NCBI GenBank assembly: GCA_964016885.1
Contig: OZ024752.1
Location: forward strand, 4,898,001 to 4,962,000
From: Eledone cirrhosa
Taxonomy: Eukaryota
Reading direction: 5' to 3'
Length of the DNA stretch: 64,000 nt
The position numbers and the translations under genes are program-made. Positions 40,165-54,158 of this stretch are shown one piece after another. Position 1 is the stretch's first letter. Each line of letters begins with the position of its first letter. The notes beneath the pieces were generated by a model that saw only the letters and a program-made list of their open reading frames with translations, made no database searches and was not told where the DNA came from.

Positions 40165-41580
40165 GTGACAGACAGACAGACAGACAGGCAGACAAACAGA
40201 CAGACAGGCAGATAGAGAGGTAGACAGAAGGCAGTTAGACAGATTGACAGACATATAAACAGATTGAGAGACAGAGAGGCAGGCAGACAAACAGACAGAT
40301 TGACAGAGAGAGAGAGGCTCACAGACAGATTGACAGAGAGAGAGGGGCTCACAGACAGATTGACAGAGAGAGAGGGGCTCACAGACAGATTGACAGAGAG
40401 ATAGGGGCTCACAGACAGATTGACAGAGAGAGAGGGGCTCACAGACAGATTGACAGAGAGAGAGGGGCTCACAGAAAGATTGACAGAGAGAGAGGGGCTC
40501 AGAAGACAGATAAAAAGATTGAGACATATACAAAAATACATACACACACATATATACACACAAATACATGCACATGCATACACATAAATACACACTCACA
40601 TACACATGCAAATATACACACACACAAACAAATACACACTCACATACACATGCAAATATACACACACACAAACAAATACACACTCACATACACATGTAAA
40701 TATACACACACACAAACAAATACACACTCACATACACATGCAAACATACACACACACAAACAAATACACACTCACATACACATGCAAATATACACACACA
40801 CACATGCAAATATACACACACACAAACAAATACACACTCACATACACATGCAAATATACACACACAAATATATACACACTCACACACACATGCAAATATA
40901 CACACACAAATATGCACATGCAAATATACACACAAATATATACACACATAAACGCACACAAATATACACATGCAAATATACACACACACAAATATATACA
41001 CACATAAACACACACAAATATGCACATGCAAATATACACACACAAATATATACACACAAATATGCACATGCAAATATACACACACACAAATATATACACA
41101 TAAACACACACAAATATGCACATGCAAATATACACACACAAATATATACACACAAATTTGCACATGCAAATATACACACACACAAATATATACACACATA
41201 AACACACACAAATTTGCACATGCAAACATACACACACACAAATATATACACACATAAACACACACAAATATGCACATGCAAATATACACACACAAATATA
41301 TACACACAAATTTGCACATGCAAATATACACACACACAAATATATACACACATAAACACACACAAATTTGCATATGCAAACATACACACACACAAATATA
41401 TACACACATAAACACACACAAATATGCACATGCAAATATACACACACAAATATATACACACAAATATGCACATGCAAATACACACACACAAATATATACA
41501 CACATAAACACACACAAATATGCACATGCAAATATACACACACACACGCAAATATACACACCCAGAAATATATACACACA
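40165..41580. repeat. 30-bp GACA-rich minisatellite followed by a CA-rich compound array
   Basis: ACAGACAGATTGACAGAGAGAGAGGGGCTC, ~7 copies, then CACATGCAAATATACACAC variants. Confidence 0.9.
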
Positions 41581-42890
41581 TAAAAGATTGACAGACAGAC
41601 AGACAGACAAAGTGACAGATATTTGGTGCAATTGGTTAGAGTATTGAGTGTTGAATGGAGGTAGGATATAAGAGTGTTTTCCAATAGTCTGTAATAGAAA
41701 ACTGGAAGTGTATTGCTGTGTGTGTGAGTAATTGTGTGCGTGTATATATTTCTGGGTGTGTATATGTGCGTGTGTGTGTGTGTATATTTGCAAGTGCATA
41801 TTTGTATGTGTTTATGTGTGTATATATTTGTGTGTGTATATTTGCATGTGCATATTTGTGTGTGTTTATGTGTGTATATATTATTGTGTGTGCATTTGTT
41901 TGTGTGTATGTGCATGTATTTGTGTATGTGTATGTGTGTATAATTGTGTGTGTAATTGTGTGTCTATTTGTGTATGTGAAACTGCATAATTGTGTGTGTA
42001 TTTGTGTATATAAGTATGTATGTGCGTGTGTATGTGAGTGTGTGTATCAGCAAGAGAAGATTACTTGGGCATGCAGAAATGCAGATGTCAATCAAAAATA
42101 AATAAATGAATAAGTAACATTTACCACTGATGATGATTTAGAGGGGCAGAAAGAGGAAAGTAGGTGGTTTTGTTGGCCCCTCACTAAAACACTTGCTCTT
42201 TCTTTTTGACAGTAAAATAACAACTACAACAATAACAACAACAATAAAAATAAAGATAATAATAATGGTTTCTGATTTAGGCACAAGGCCAGCAATTTGA
42301 AGGGGACGGGAAAGTCAATTAAATTGAATCCAGTGCATTACTGGTACTTTATCTTATTGACCCCCGTAAGGATGAAAAGCAAAGCTAACCTCAGCGGGAT
42401 TTGAACTAATAACATAAAGGGCCATAACTCTATGCTTGCAAAGCATATTGTCCGACGCTCTACCAATAGTGCCCCCACCCCCATCCCCCCCAAAAGGGAG
42501 AGGAAATAAGGAATAAAATTGTGGAATGTCTCAATCACTGCTAAACTACATGGAAAAAAGATAGGATTCTGTTTTGTCTTTTGGGCTGAATAATGGGACC
42601 CTAAACATTTTCTTTCTGTGCACGTATGTATGTGTGTAAGTGTCTGTGTCTGTCTTTGTGTGAGAGAGAGAGAGAGTGAGAGTGTATTTGTGCTTACAAT
42701 CATACAAGAAAAATGTTAGCTTGATAGCACACACAAACACAGACAAATACACACACACACACACAAACACAGACAAATACACACACACACACACACAAAC
42801 ACAGACAAATACACACACACACACAAACACAGATAAATACACACACACACACAAACACAGACAAATACACACACACACACACTGACAAAC

Positions 42891-42921
<31 letters not shown>

Positions 42922-45900
42922 CACACACACAAACAGACAAATACACACACACACAAACAGACAAATACACACACACCCACACACACACAGACAAACACAC
43001 ATTTTTTTTCCTAACTGTCCCAGTGACAAGGAAGAAAAAATGTTTATGTAGTTAACCAGACCTCTTCTATATGATGGTTTTAAGGACACAAGGTCAACAA
43101 TTTGGGAAGGAGAGATGTGTTGATTATATTGACTCCAGTATTTTACTAGTACTTCATGTTATTAATCCTGGTAGGATAAAAGGCAAAGTTGACCACAGCA
43201 GGATTTGAACTCAGATCATAAAGTGATCAAACAAATGCTTGTGGCATTTGTCCAATGCTCTAACAATTCTGCCAATACACCTCCCATCTTGTTCACAAAA
43301 CAGCATTTAACATCCTCTTTCCCATGCTTCCATAGGTTGGGTGGGCCTTCAAAACTTTCAGTCACTTCTTTTTCTTTTTCTGTTTCTTTTTCTTTTTCTT
43401 TTTCTTTTTCTTTTTCTTTTTCTTTTTCTTTTTCTTTTTCTTCTTCTTCTTCTCCCACAGAGGGTCATGGGGGCAGAGTCCTCAAACACTTCTTTCCAGG
43501 GTTCCTGTCTGAAGCAACCATCTCCAACTGATCCTGCTGGATCTCCAAGCGAGACCAGCCAAGCTCATGGATGTTATCTAACCATCTTGCTCAGTGTCTT
43601 CCCCTGGGTCTCCTGCCTGTTGGTTTTGCCCATAAAATGTGTCCAGCAATTCTTTCCTGGGACATGGTATCGGAGTACCCATAGTATCGGAGCTGTGATC
43701 TCTCAATTCGAAGAAGTAGTGGCTCTACCTGGAGTGATTCTCTGATCTCCGAGCTAGACACTCTATTGAGTAACGTTACTGTTTATGAAACGCAGGGATA
43801 CATTGAACCTATATTAAAAACTAGAATTCTTTCATATCTGACATTTTTCTTCTTGACATTGAACTACAAGTGTTCAAGCTAAATATAAACTGTATCTACC
43901 TCTCCAGTCTCAGAAGATGAGGAAAGGTCATAAGCACAGTCCCTTCCTCCTGATTAAGCCATGAAAAAATAATGGAAAACACTATGTACTTTCTTGCAAC
44001 TTATATATTATCTCCCCTGTTTCAGTGTTCAATTGTGGGTTTCCTCTGTGTATCAGTGAAATACACATACACACACATGTACGTGTATAAATACATACAT
44101 ATGTAGATACATACATACATGTATACATACATATATATATTTATATCTATATACACATGTATGTGTATATATACATGTATGTGTTTATATGCATATAGAC
44201 ATTATATATCTATATACATGTATGTGATATATGTATATATACATTTTATATATATATATACACACACGTATGTGTATATATGTATAGACACACATACATA
44301 CACATAGCAATTGCCAAACCATCCCTTCTGGCTTGCTGAAATAAATCAATACTCTATATTATTATGTCTGCTGGGAAATTATCAATTGTTGACATATCAG
44401 AAATTAGGTTTCTTGAGAACAAATACATTTTGGTTGATCTGGGGTTGATTTAGATTCCTCTTGGAATTATCAAGTGAAGAGGAAAAATAGTTGGAACTGA
44501 TTTTGATTGTGAGAAAACTGTTAGTTAGTTTTTGTTTCTGTCAGAAAATGATTACACTATATATATATATATATATATATATAACAAAAGATAAAAATAA
44601 AAGTAAAGAATTCAAAGAACATAGCCATTTCATGTTATATATCAAAAAGTGTGATTGTAGTTGGAGTAATATGACTGAATTCTTTTGAATAAAACCTTTT
44701 GATGTCTTACACCTCAGCTGTTTCTTAGTCAATGACAATCTAAAGAAGTTTCAATGAAAAATATTTTTAGAACTTCAATGGTTTATTCCACAGGTTATGT
44801 CTGATTACTTTGGTTGCATTTTGTGAAAAAGGATGGCTGCTTTCTTTCTACCTGTGCATGGGAAATTTCCCATGAAATCCCTCATTAACACACTCCATTC
44901 CATATATCAATGTCTCCACTGCCTCCACTGTTTCTTTTCTACCACTACTACAATAGTGTCAGCTACTCAGAGCTAGTTGGTCTCATCCTGCTGCCACTCA
45001 AACTTTCATCATTCACTTGTCTCTTTGTCCCTATCACCTATATAGTATCTATCATTTTCCTCAGACCCTGCATTAACTGCTATATCCAGTCTTTCTTCCT
45101 CAGAATGTTAACTCTCTAGAATTCCACCCAACCTCTGTGCATGTTTCTCCTGCAGCCTTCAAATTGCATCTGTCCAAGATCTCACCAATTCCATTGCTTT
45201 GGATGGCCTGTGAAGGCCATGGACACAGAATATGTTTTTCTAGAACAAACTAATAAAAAAAATTAAAGCAATATGATAGATATGAGCTATTTATTTGGCA
45301 AAACTGACCTGAACAATATATTTTAGCATTTAAACCGGCCATCTCCGGCCAGAATTCCCTCACCTCTTGCTGTTCAAACCAGTCATAACTAGCTGCTCAT
45401 ACCGACATTAAGGTATTGTTTTCAAAATAAATATCAAAATCTTGTACGATACTATGTGAGATAAAGCTTCATCTGTGAAAATACAATAGTAAATATAATG
45501 TATCCATAACTGTGCTATCTAATATATCCTTGTTTTTGTTAGCTAAAATATCTCATAACAGTCTATTTATTTGGCAAAACTGATCTGACCAAGATACTTG
45601 TTGGTACTAGTCTAAGGATTAGTAACCAGAGCATCTCTCATTGCCTTTGTTGTTGTTGCTGTTATTGTTGTTATTGCTTCCCATGTTATGATGTGATGAT
45701 CCTGGAAGCCCATTATCAGAGGCCTTACAATTGTGACCATTCAGGCTTTCATTTAAGACATAGTGTATCCATAGCTGTGTTATCTCATATATTCTATTTT
45801 TTTTTTTTTAGCTAAAATATACAGGTTTATTCTAGGGTTTCCTAAACTTTTTCAAACATGGAACCCTTTTTGGTTCAGAAACTTTTAGGAGAACCCCAAA

Positions 45901-46082
45901 GTCTAATACTGTTATATGGTCGTAATATAAAAATACTCCTCTACCTTTTTTCATGGAACCCAGGACACTCCTTTGCAGAACCCTTGGGTTCCATCAATGT
46001 ATTATATTGTTATATTAACCAATGTGTTAATACATTTCTAACAAAGAGCAATTGTGAAACTATAGTTTTTATCTTCTTTCAG

Positions 46083-46273
46083 GTCCTGAGGCAACTAATG
46101 TGCAATACCATCGAGCACCGCTACAAAACCAGTTACCTGGGGCTCCATCCCAGCCTGAAATCAGCAGTGTCACAGATACAACTGTCCACCTTTCATGGCG
46201 CCCCAGTATACATAAAGGTGGTTCACCTCTATATGAATTCATTGTAGAATATTTCAGTCCACAGAGTGGCAAC
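46083..46273 (+). CDS. robo: Robo-like exon (linker and first half of FN3-1)
   Basis: ttcag acceptor and gtaagt donor; PEATNVQYHRAPLQNQLPGAPSQPEISSVTDTTVHLSWRPSIHKGGSPLYEFIVEYFSPQSGN; phase 1 to 0. Confidence 0.92.
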
Positions 46274-48569
46274 GTAAGTCATTTATTTTGTATTGCTTTG
46301 TAATCTTTCTTCTTGATTTCCTTCATGAACCTGATGATAATAATTGTTTCTACTTTAGGCACAAGGCCAGCAATTACCCAGTGTATTACTGGTACTTTAT
46401 TTTATCGACCCCGTAAGGATGAAAGGCAAAGTTAACCTCGGCGGGATTTGAACTCAGAATGGCAAAGGCCGTAACTCTTTGCTGGAAAGCATGGCATCCG
46501 ACCCTCTACCAATACTGCCAATCCACCGCCATGATAATAATAATGGTTTCTTTGCTCTACCAATTGCTTTCTTTATTAACCACGAAGGGCTGACATAAAG
46601 TAGACATTAAGGACAGCATAGGACAGTAGAAATGAGCATTTCTGCATAATAATTATAATAATGCTTCCTTTATTAACCACAAAGGGTTTACATAAAAAAA
46701 AACATGACGAAAACATAATAATACTAGTGGTTTCTGATTTAGGCACAAGGCCAACAATTTTTGGGGAGGAGAAAGTTGATTATATCCACCCCACTACATT
46801 ACTGGTACTTTATTTTATTGATCCCGTAAGGATGAAAGGCAAAGTTAACCTCGGCGGGATTTGAACTCAAAATGTAAAATGCCAGTAATTCTCTGCCATG
46901 AACCATGTTGTCCTCCATTCTACCTTTACTGCCAACCCACATAATAATAAAAAGAAGAAGGAAAAAGAGGAGTAGAAGGAGGAGGGAATGAAAAACAAGA
47001 TAAAATTAAACAAAGTTAGAAAAGAATAAATTTAAATTAAAAAAAGTGTAAAATGTAAATGGAGCAAAATGATTGGATTTCAGATTTAGGGAGTAGTAAG
47101 GGTAGGGATGTGGTGATTGTAGGGGGTGCTAAGGGTATTTATAAAGTGGTGGCAGTGGTATGGTGGGGTGGGGTGGGTTGTGGTGATGGTGTGGTGGTGG
47201 CGTGAAAATTTAGAGGTAGAAAAAATGGTGGGGGATGTTTGTAGTGGTGTAGTGTTAGTTTTTCTTATTGTGGTTGATGTTTATGATCATGGTTGTAATG
47301 ATGATGATGATGATGATGATGATGGCGGTGGTGTGACCCTCATAGCAATGGTAGTGGTGGTGGTAGTCGTCCCCATAGCAATAGTGCTGGTGGTGATGTT
47401 GCTGATATTGATGATGGTAATAAATGGATGACTATTAAAGTAGCTCCATGGGAAATTTTTTCTGTTTTTCTTTTTTTGTGGTTGTTGTGATGGTGGTGGT
47501 GGCGGTGGTGAGAAGCGGGAAAGAAAGAAGAGAAATTGAAGCTATCTTAAACAGGGTTTTATCCGTTAAAACTCTTCACTGATTTTCATATCAAATTATC
47601 TTTCTGATTAAGAAATTTCCATTGACAGATAATCCTTATCCTTTCACACAACAGCAATCAATGTACGACAGCAAGGTTGCCTCTTCAATCTCCATTATTA
47701 TCACCTATTCATGCTCTGCTGCATCTTCAAAAATAGATTCCTTTTTCCATTTCAATGGATCTTAAGATCCTACATCTCCTAAGCCCCATATTTAAATCCA
47801 CTGTCTTATACATGAGCCAATGAGGAAGCATGTATGTGGTTAGTTGTTCTGCTAGAGATAGTAACCAAAATTTAAATTGATCTGTCAAATGAATTCATAG
47901 CCATCATCATCACGCACTGGGGTCGATTTAATCGACTTTCCCTTCCCCTTCAAATTGCTGGCCTTGTGCCTAAGTCAGAAACCATTATTACTATTATCAT
48001 CATCATCATAGTTATTTTGCACATTATTACTGCATTACTGGGCACAGCTCTGTGCACCTTGGATATGTGCAGTAGATTTTGGTGGCGTTGTTTTTATTAT
48101 ATTAAGTAATATGTGTGCAGTGCCTAGTAGTGCTATTTTTTGTATGTTGTATATATTTGTAAGTCCTGGAGTTTTGGTTATGTATTTGTCTGTTTTTTTG
48201 TTTTTTTTATCATTTTTTTTATTTGTTGCTATTTTTTGTTACACTCTTTGTTTTAGTTATATGTTCATTTTTACACCTAGAAATCCACATTGTACTGTCC
48301 AGTTCTGTCCTTAATGTATTTTTTTGTAAACCCTTTGTGGTCAATAAAGAAAACATTATTATTACTGTGCACTGTGAATGGTGTTGAATTGGCAGTATCG
48401 GTAGAGGGTTGGACGCCATCTTTTCTAGCATAGTTATGTCACTTTACAATCTGAGTTCAAATCCCGACGAGGTTAACTTTGCCTTTCATCCTTACGGGGT
48501 CGATAAAATAAAGTACCAGTAATGTACTGGATAATTGCTGGCCTTGTGCCTAAAGTAGAAACAATTATT

Positions 48570-48720
48570 ATTACTGTGCACGAGCGCAGCTCTGTGCACC
48601 TTGGGTATGTGCAGTGTGGTTTTTGGTGGTGTTTGTTCTATTGTATTGAGAGTATTCTTCATAATGTGTGCGGTGCCTAGTAGTGCTATTTTTTTGTATG
48701 CTGTATATATTTGTATATAT
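48570..48720 (-). mobile_element. R4/Dong-like LINE 3' end (second copy ~48030-48190)
   Basis: KKIALLGTAHI, characteristic of the C-terminus of restriction-like-endonuclease LINEs, followed by a (TAA)n tail. Confidence 0.6.
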
Positions 48721-48760
48721 CTATTATTATTGTTATCATTATCATTTCCAACTTTCACAG

Positions 48761-48911
48761 GGTTGGGTAACAGCAGCCAATGACATATCTTTGGAAAGTT
48801 ACACAGTACGGCATCTGAAACCCAACAGAAATTATATATTCTTAGTGAGAGCTCGGAATTCCCATGGAATTAGTCCTCCAAGTCCTTTATCTAGAATGGT
48901 TGAAACGCAAG
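48761..48911 (+). CDS. robo: Robo-like exon (second half of FN3-1)
   Basis: cacag acceptor and gtacg donor; GWVTAANDISLESYTVRHLKPNRNYIFLVRARNSHGISPPSPLSRMVETQ has the Robo FN3-1 pattern LKP..Y.FLVRA.N..G.S.PS; phase 0 to 1. Confidence 0.93.
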
Positions 48912-49240
48912 GTACGTTGCTTAATGAAACTACACTAACTTTTTTAAATGAAAATCTTTTCGTATTTATATAAATTTTGTTAGCTTTATAAAATCTATAA
49001 GAATGTTACTGATAAATGTGTAAAACTTGGCTTCTGGTCTTGAAGGATTCATCTATTATATGAGAGCTTAGTTTTCTTATTGTTTTTACAGAAATATGAG
49101 ATGTTAGGTTAATTGTTTTTTTTTCTGTTATGCTGTGGCCATCCAGTGGTTTCTTATAAAGGAAATAATGTAGAAAACAATATGTTTTAACCCTTCAGTT
49201 CTTTATTTATTATGTTCTTACATTAAGACTAAATAGTGAG

Positions 49241-49290
49241 TCTTGTTACTCTGGAGTTTCACCTGTTTATCACAGAGTCATCAGACAAGA
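49241..49290 (-). ncRNA. Type I hammerhead motif with an intact core
   Basis: TCTTGT-CTGATGA-C-TCTGT-GATAA-ACAGG-T-GAAA-CTC-CA-GAG-TA-ACAAGA; AATAAA lies ~30 nt downstream. Confidence 0.83.
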
Positions 49291-49692
49291 ACTAACATTC
49301 AATAGCAGAGACTAATATAAGTTTATTGTACAAGAGACAGCTTTTACACTCATTCTCTCTGATATAGACATATATACATCAGGTCCGAATACAAAAGAAC
49401 CAAACTCCCACTGTCACTGCCTCCATCTCTTCTGCTCTCTCCATCTCTCACTGTTGTGAGCAAATGAGGGTCCATGCACAGGCTGCCCTACATCCCCGGC
49501 GGACAGAATAGAAAAGGTATTTCCCCGACGAAACAGACTGATACAGCAGGCTGGAAGCCATGTTCTTATGTTCTGATTAGGCATAGTTTCTACAGCTGGA
49601 TTTCCTTCATATTACCAACCACTTTAAAGAGTGTGGTGGGTGTATCTTATCATGATACCGGCATTATAGAAATAGTCATATCCTTGACATAT

Positions 49693-49738
<46 letters not shown>

Positions 49739-50124
49739 AGGCACATGGCTTAGTGGTTAGAGCATTGGCCTCGCAATCGAAAGGTTGTGAGTTCAATTCT
49801 CAGACCGGGTGATGTGTTGTTTCCTTGAGCAAGACACTTTATTTCACATTGCTCCAGTTTACTCAGCTGTAGAAATGAGATGATAGGGACTGGGGTCCAT
49901 ATCATTCCACTGCAAAGTGGTCGTGGAGGTGCCACGGCAAAAAAGCACCCAGCACTCACTGTAAATGAGGTTGGTGTTAGGAAGGGCATCCAGCTGTAGA
50001 AATCAAGCCAGAATCAGTTCCCGTCCCACCCTTGCAAGCAGGGAGAGGCGGACATAAAATAAAATGAAATGAAATGAATGCATGCACACACACATACACA
50101 AATATATATGTGTGTGTGTATATA

Positions 50125-50683
50125 TAACGGATAAAGTATGATTAACATGGATAGTGATATAACAGGATTCTATTCCAAGCATTAACATATGTTTCATCGC
50201 TTAATATGCAATTAATTATGTCTTGAAATTACTATCATCAATAGTTGATTGGTTATTGTGAAATTCGATTTTAAATTCACAGAATAATGCAGTCACTAAG
50301 TGAATTATCAAAACACTGATACAATGGTTTTATACCAAATAACATAAACATCAAGATGAAAATTAAAATAAACTGAGAGAAAATTATATATTTGAGAGGT
50401 AATAAAAGATTGGAATATCACTTGGGTAAAATATATAACAGATAAGAAATGAAAAAATAAAATAAAAATAAAAGTGAAGAATAGAAAATGAAGATACGGA
50501 GCATGTTAGCAGGTTTTAGGTATGTGTGTCTATACACAGTCAGCTTCACTTAAGCTGATTGGTTAAGAGTTCTATAGCTATTTCAAGACATAATTAATTG
50601 CACGTTAAGCGATGAAACGTATATTAATGTTTGGAATAAAACCCTATTATATCGCTTATCCATGTTAATTTTTACCTGTTATT
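50125..50683. mobile_element. Older fold-back element with a hammerhead-like motif
   Basis: ~50125-50229 is complementary to ~50580-50683. The - strand reads TTGATGA...GAAA-CATATG-TT. Confidence 0.6.
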
Positions 50684-50853
50684 AATACTTCAAGAACTTC
50701 TAATCACGGAACTTTCCGGAATCAACCCTCCAAAAAACCTAACTAAGTAAACATCTTGGCACCGCACATTGAAATATTCCTTGGTACAGATTACTCATAA
50801 CCTGGCCTTAGGTAACCTTAAACAATATCTCATTTACTTTGATATATATATAG

Positions 50854-50985
50854 AAAATTTAATATAGAAATGGCTTCTACAGGACTAGAACTGTTCCATT
50901 CGAAGGAAATCATCAGGAAAGCTCTGATGTTTTCCTTCGAATTAAACAGTTCTAGTCCTGTAGAAGCTATTTCTATATTAAATTT
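50854..50985. mobile_element. Small fold-back of a hammerhead-bearing terminus (unfolded copy 62657-62714)
   Basis: ~62-bp arms around GAAAGCT; consensus CTGATGA-T-TTC-CTTC-GAA-T-GAAA-CAGT-TC-TAGTCCTGTAGAAGC. Confidence 0.7.
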
Positions 50986-51130
50986 TGTATTTACTCTACT
51001 AATGTATTGAGTACCTTACTTACTGTGGTTACCTTAATTGAACCCACAACTCACACATACACACATATATATATACACATACACACACATACACACACAC
51101 ACACACATATATATATATACACACACACAT

Positions 51131-51163
<33 letters not shown>

Positions 51164-53569
51164 CACACATACACACACACATATATATCAAAGTGTTGTA
51201 GTTTGCTTGAAGCATTGTGGAATAAGAAATACAAATTTAAATAAGTTTAAATATTTGGAAGCCCGACAATGCATGCGAGATTAAAAGTGCCAAGTTAATA
51301 GATGTTATAGAGAATAAAAGGACTGAGAAAAGAGTGAGAATGGCAGAAATTTACCTTAGCAATTTTATTGATCTCAAATATTTTTGGATTTACCATCCAT
51401 AATCAAGAGAATCTATGGGGAGTGACTTAGAGAGCAATCCAAGAAGAGTTGTTGATGGCTGGTAGATTTCATTTGAATGGATGAAAAAAAGATGTTAGAG
51501 CTTCAAGTTTTGCATATGTGCATGGAGAAAAACGTGTGTGAATATACCTACCTCACTAGCTACCCATACTTTCTGATCATCCTAGACCATCTCTCATTCT
51601 CATGATTTCTTTCTTCAACTGGTTGTATTCCTCTGTCTCCCTGCACACACACAAGGACACACACACACACACATAAACAAACACTCACTCACATATATAC
51701 ACACATCCATTGAATAACTTGTTTTCAGATTGCACACATCCATACTCTCTTCGAACCACCTCTCTCTCCATCTCTCTCTCCCCTCTCTCTCTCTCTGCCT
51801 TTTTTCCTCTTTTGTCTCCTCTCTCGCACTGCTCATCACTTTTTGTTTTCATCTCTTCCATCTCTCTCTTTCTCTCATTACCTTTCCCTCTCTTTCTCTC
51901 ATTACGTTTCTCTCTTACTCTCTCATTACCTTTCTCTCTTACTCTCTCTCATTACCTCTCTGTCTTACTCTCTCTCATTACTGTCTTTCATTACCTCTCT
52001 GTCTTACTCTCTCCCTTATCCTCATCATCATCTCTCTCTCATCAATTATGTCCATCCTTATCACCCACTCCCTCTCCATTGTCCATCCACTTGTTTTGAC
52101 CACCCTACTACCCACACTTTATGTAATATTAATCCAGAGTTGGTTGAGGGTGGGAAGAGGACTGACCCTACTGTTAAACACATATTCATTTAAAAGGCAG
52201 ATAAGCAGAAGGAAGAAAATCAAGAGAGGATAAATAGGATGAAGAAGAGGAAGTAAATATTTTTCAGAAATCAGAAACTAATTTGATTTTTGGAAAAAAC
52301 AAATTAAAAGAAAATTTAAGATACAAAAAATAAAATCAAGGAAATTTTTTGTGTTTTTTTTTCATTCCTGTTTTATTTCTTCCTCTGCAACAATCATCTA
52401 TACTGACATTGTACCCTCTTGTTCTTTCTTTTCTTTTATTGGTTTCAGTCATTTGACACTGGCAAAGCTGGGGCACTGCCTTCAAGGGATTTAGTTGATT
52501 ATATCGATTCCCCAGTATTTTACTTTGTCCTTATTTTATTGCAGTTATTAACTCTTTATTTACCAACCCGGCCAAAACCGGCTCTGGTTCTATGAAATAA
52601 AACCACCTATTTTAATGGTTTTCTATTTAGATTAAAATCTTTCAACATCATTTTATATAAGAACCTTACATTAAGATACTATCTTAGTAATGGAATAATT
52701 AATAATTTTAGTAAATCCCTCCAAATTCTTCATTCATTAATTAAAATGGAGCAAATTTCATTAGAAATATGGTCATGAAATGGTTAAGGAGAAAAAAAAA
52801 ATTCAAGCATAACCCAAATGGACATAATCAGTACACAAAGGTCTAAAGTCTGTCTTAAGCCTGATGGCTTGTTAGGCTGGAGCTTATCCCAGTTTTGTGG
52901 CATGAAGTGACTGAGATTACAAGACTCCCCTTCAGACAGGATGCCAGTCCATTGCAGAATTAAACCCCCAGCTATTGCTGGTACTCATTTTCAACTGACT
53001 AGACTGGGGCAATATGAAATGAAGTGTTTTGCTCAAGAACACAACACACAACCCAGTCCAGGAATCGAACCCATAACAGTTTGATCATAAGTCCAACACC
53101 CTTACTACTAGGCCACGTGCCCCACAAAGGGACATAACTACATTTCTGTTTGATTTCATGGTCTTCTGATTCTGTTATCAACTACAAATAATGTGACACA
53201 TCTTTCTTTTAATGGTCTGAAGAAAGATATGTCTACACACAATGTTAATTGTCGTGATTCTGAATTGCATTTAGCTGAGGAGAGACTTTTATATGATTCT
53301 TGTAAAAATACTTGCAAATCATCACCTGTGGTAAAGAGAGTGAAACTGTGTATAAGAGGAATAAACTGTAGTGTGCGGGAGAGAAGACGCAGTAGAGGAA
53401 AACAACAAAAAATATGGGCAGAGGTAGTGAGAGCTGACCGCAGATCGCTGAAGCTCAGAGATGATGATGAGAGACCGTTATAAATGGAAAGATGCTGTGC
53501 TGAAGAGGACCCGTCCCACCCTTGCAAGCAAGGAAAAGCAGATGTAAAATGATGATGATATATATATAA

Positions 53570-53642
<73 letters not shown>

Positions 53643-53789
53643 TAACAGATTAAAGTTTCAGAAGTTTAATCTGTTATTTTAATAAATATTTGCTCTAGGG
53701 TTCTTATATATTTGATATATATTTATCCTTATCGAGTCCTCTTTCGATTTTAGTCTTCACATTTATTATTATTACTATATATATATATA

Positions 53790-53946
53790 TATGTATTGAA
53801 GTTTCCATTGAAAATTGAAAAAGTCATAGGAGTGAAGAGTGCTCTATGTAAGTACCAGAGCAGAATTTAATGTATAATAAACAATACAATATAATTACCT
53901 CATTACCAGAGGTTTCCCGAATAAGACGAATACGAAAAACGTCCTC

Positions 53947-53948
<2 letters not shown>
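53790..53948 (-). mobile_element. Short TA-flanked insert with a truncated hammerhead-like motif
   Basis: The - strand reads |TGAGGA-CG...CGG-GAAA-CC-TCT-GG-TA, then ATTAAA; (TA)n on both sides. Confidence 0.5.
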
Positions 53949-54007
<59 letters not shown>

Positions 54008-54158
54008 CGGACGTAAGATGATGATGATATAAAGTCTGTCTCAAGCCAAGAGGCTGGTCAGGCCAGTGCTTATCACAATTTCATGGTGTGAAGCAACTGA
54101 GAGTACAACATTTCCTCTGGATAGGATGCCGGTCTATCGCAGGGTTAAGCCTCCGGCC

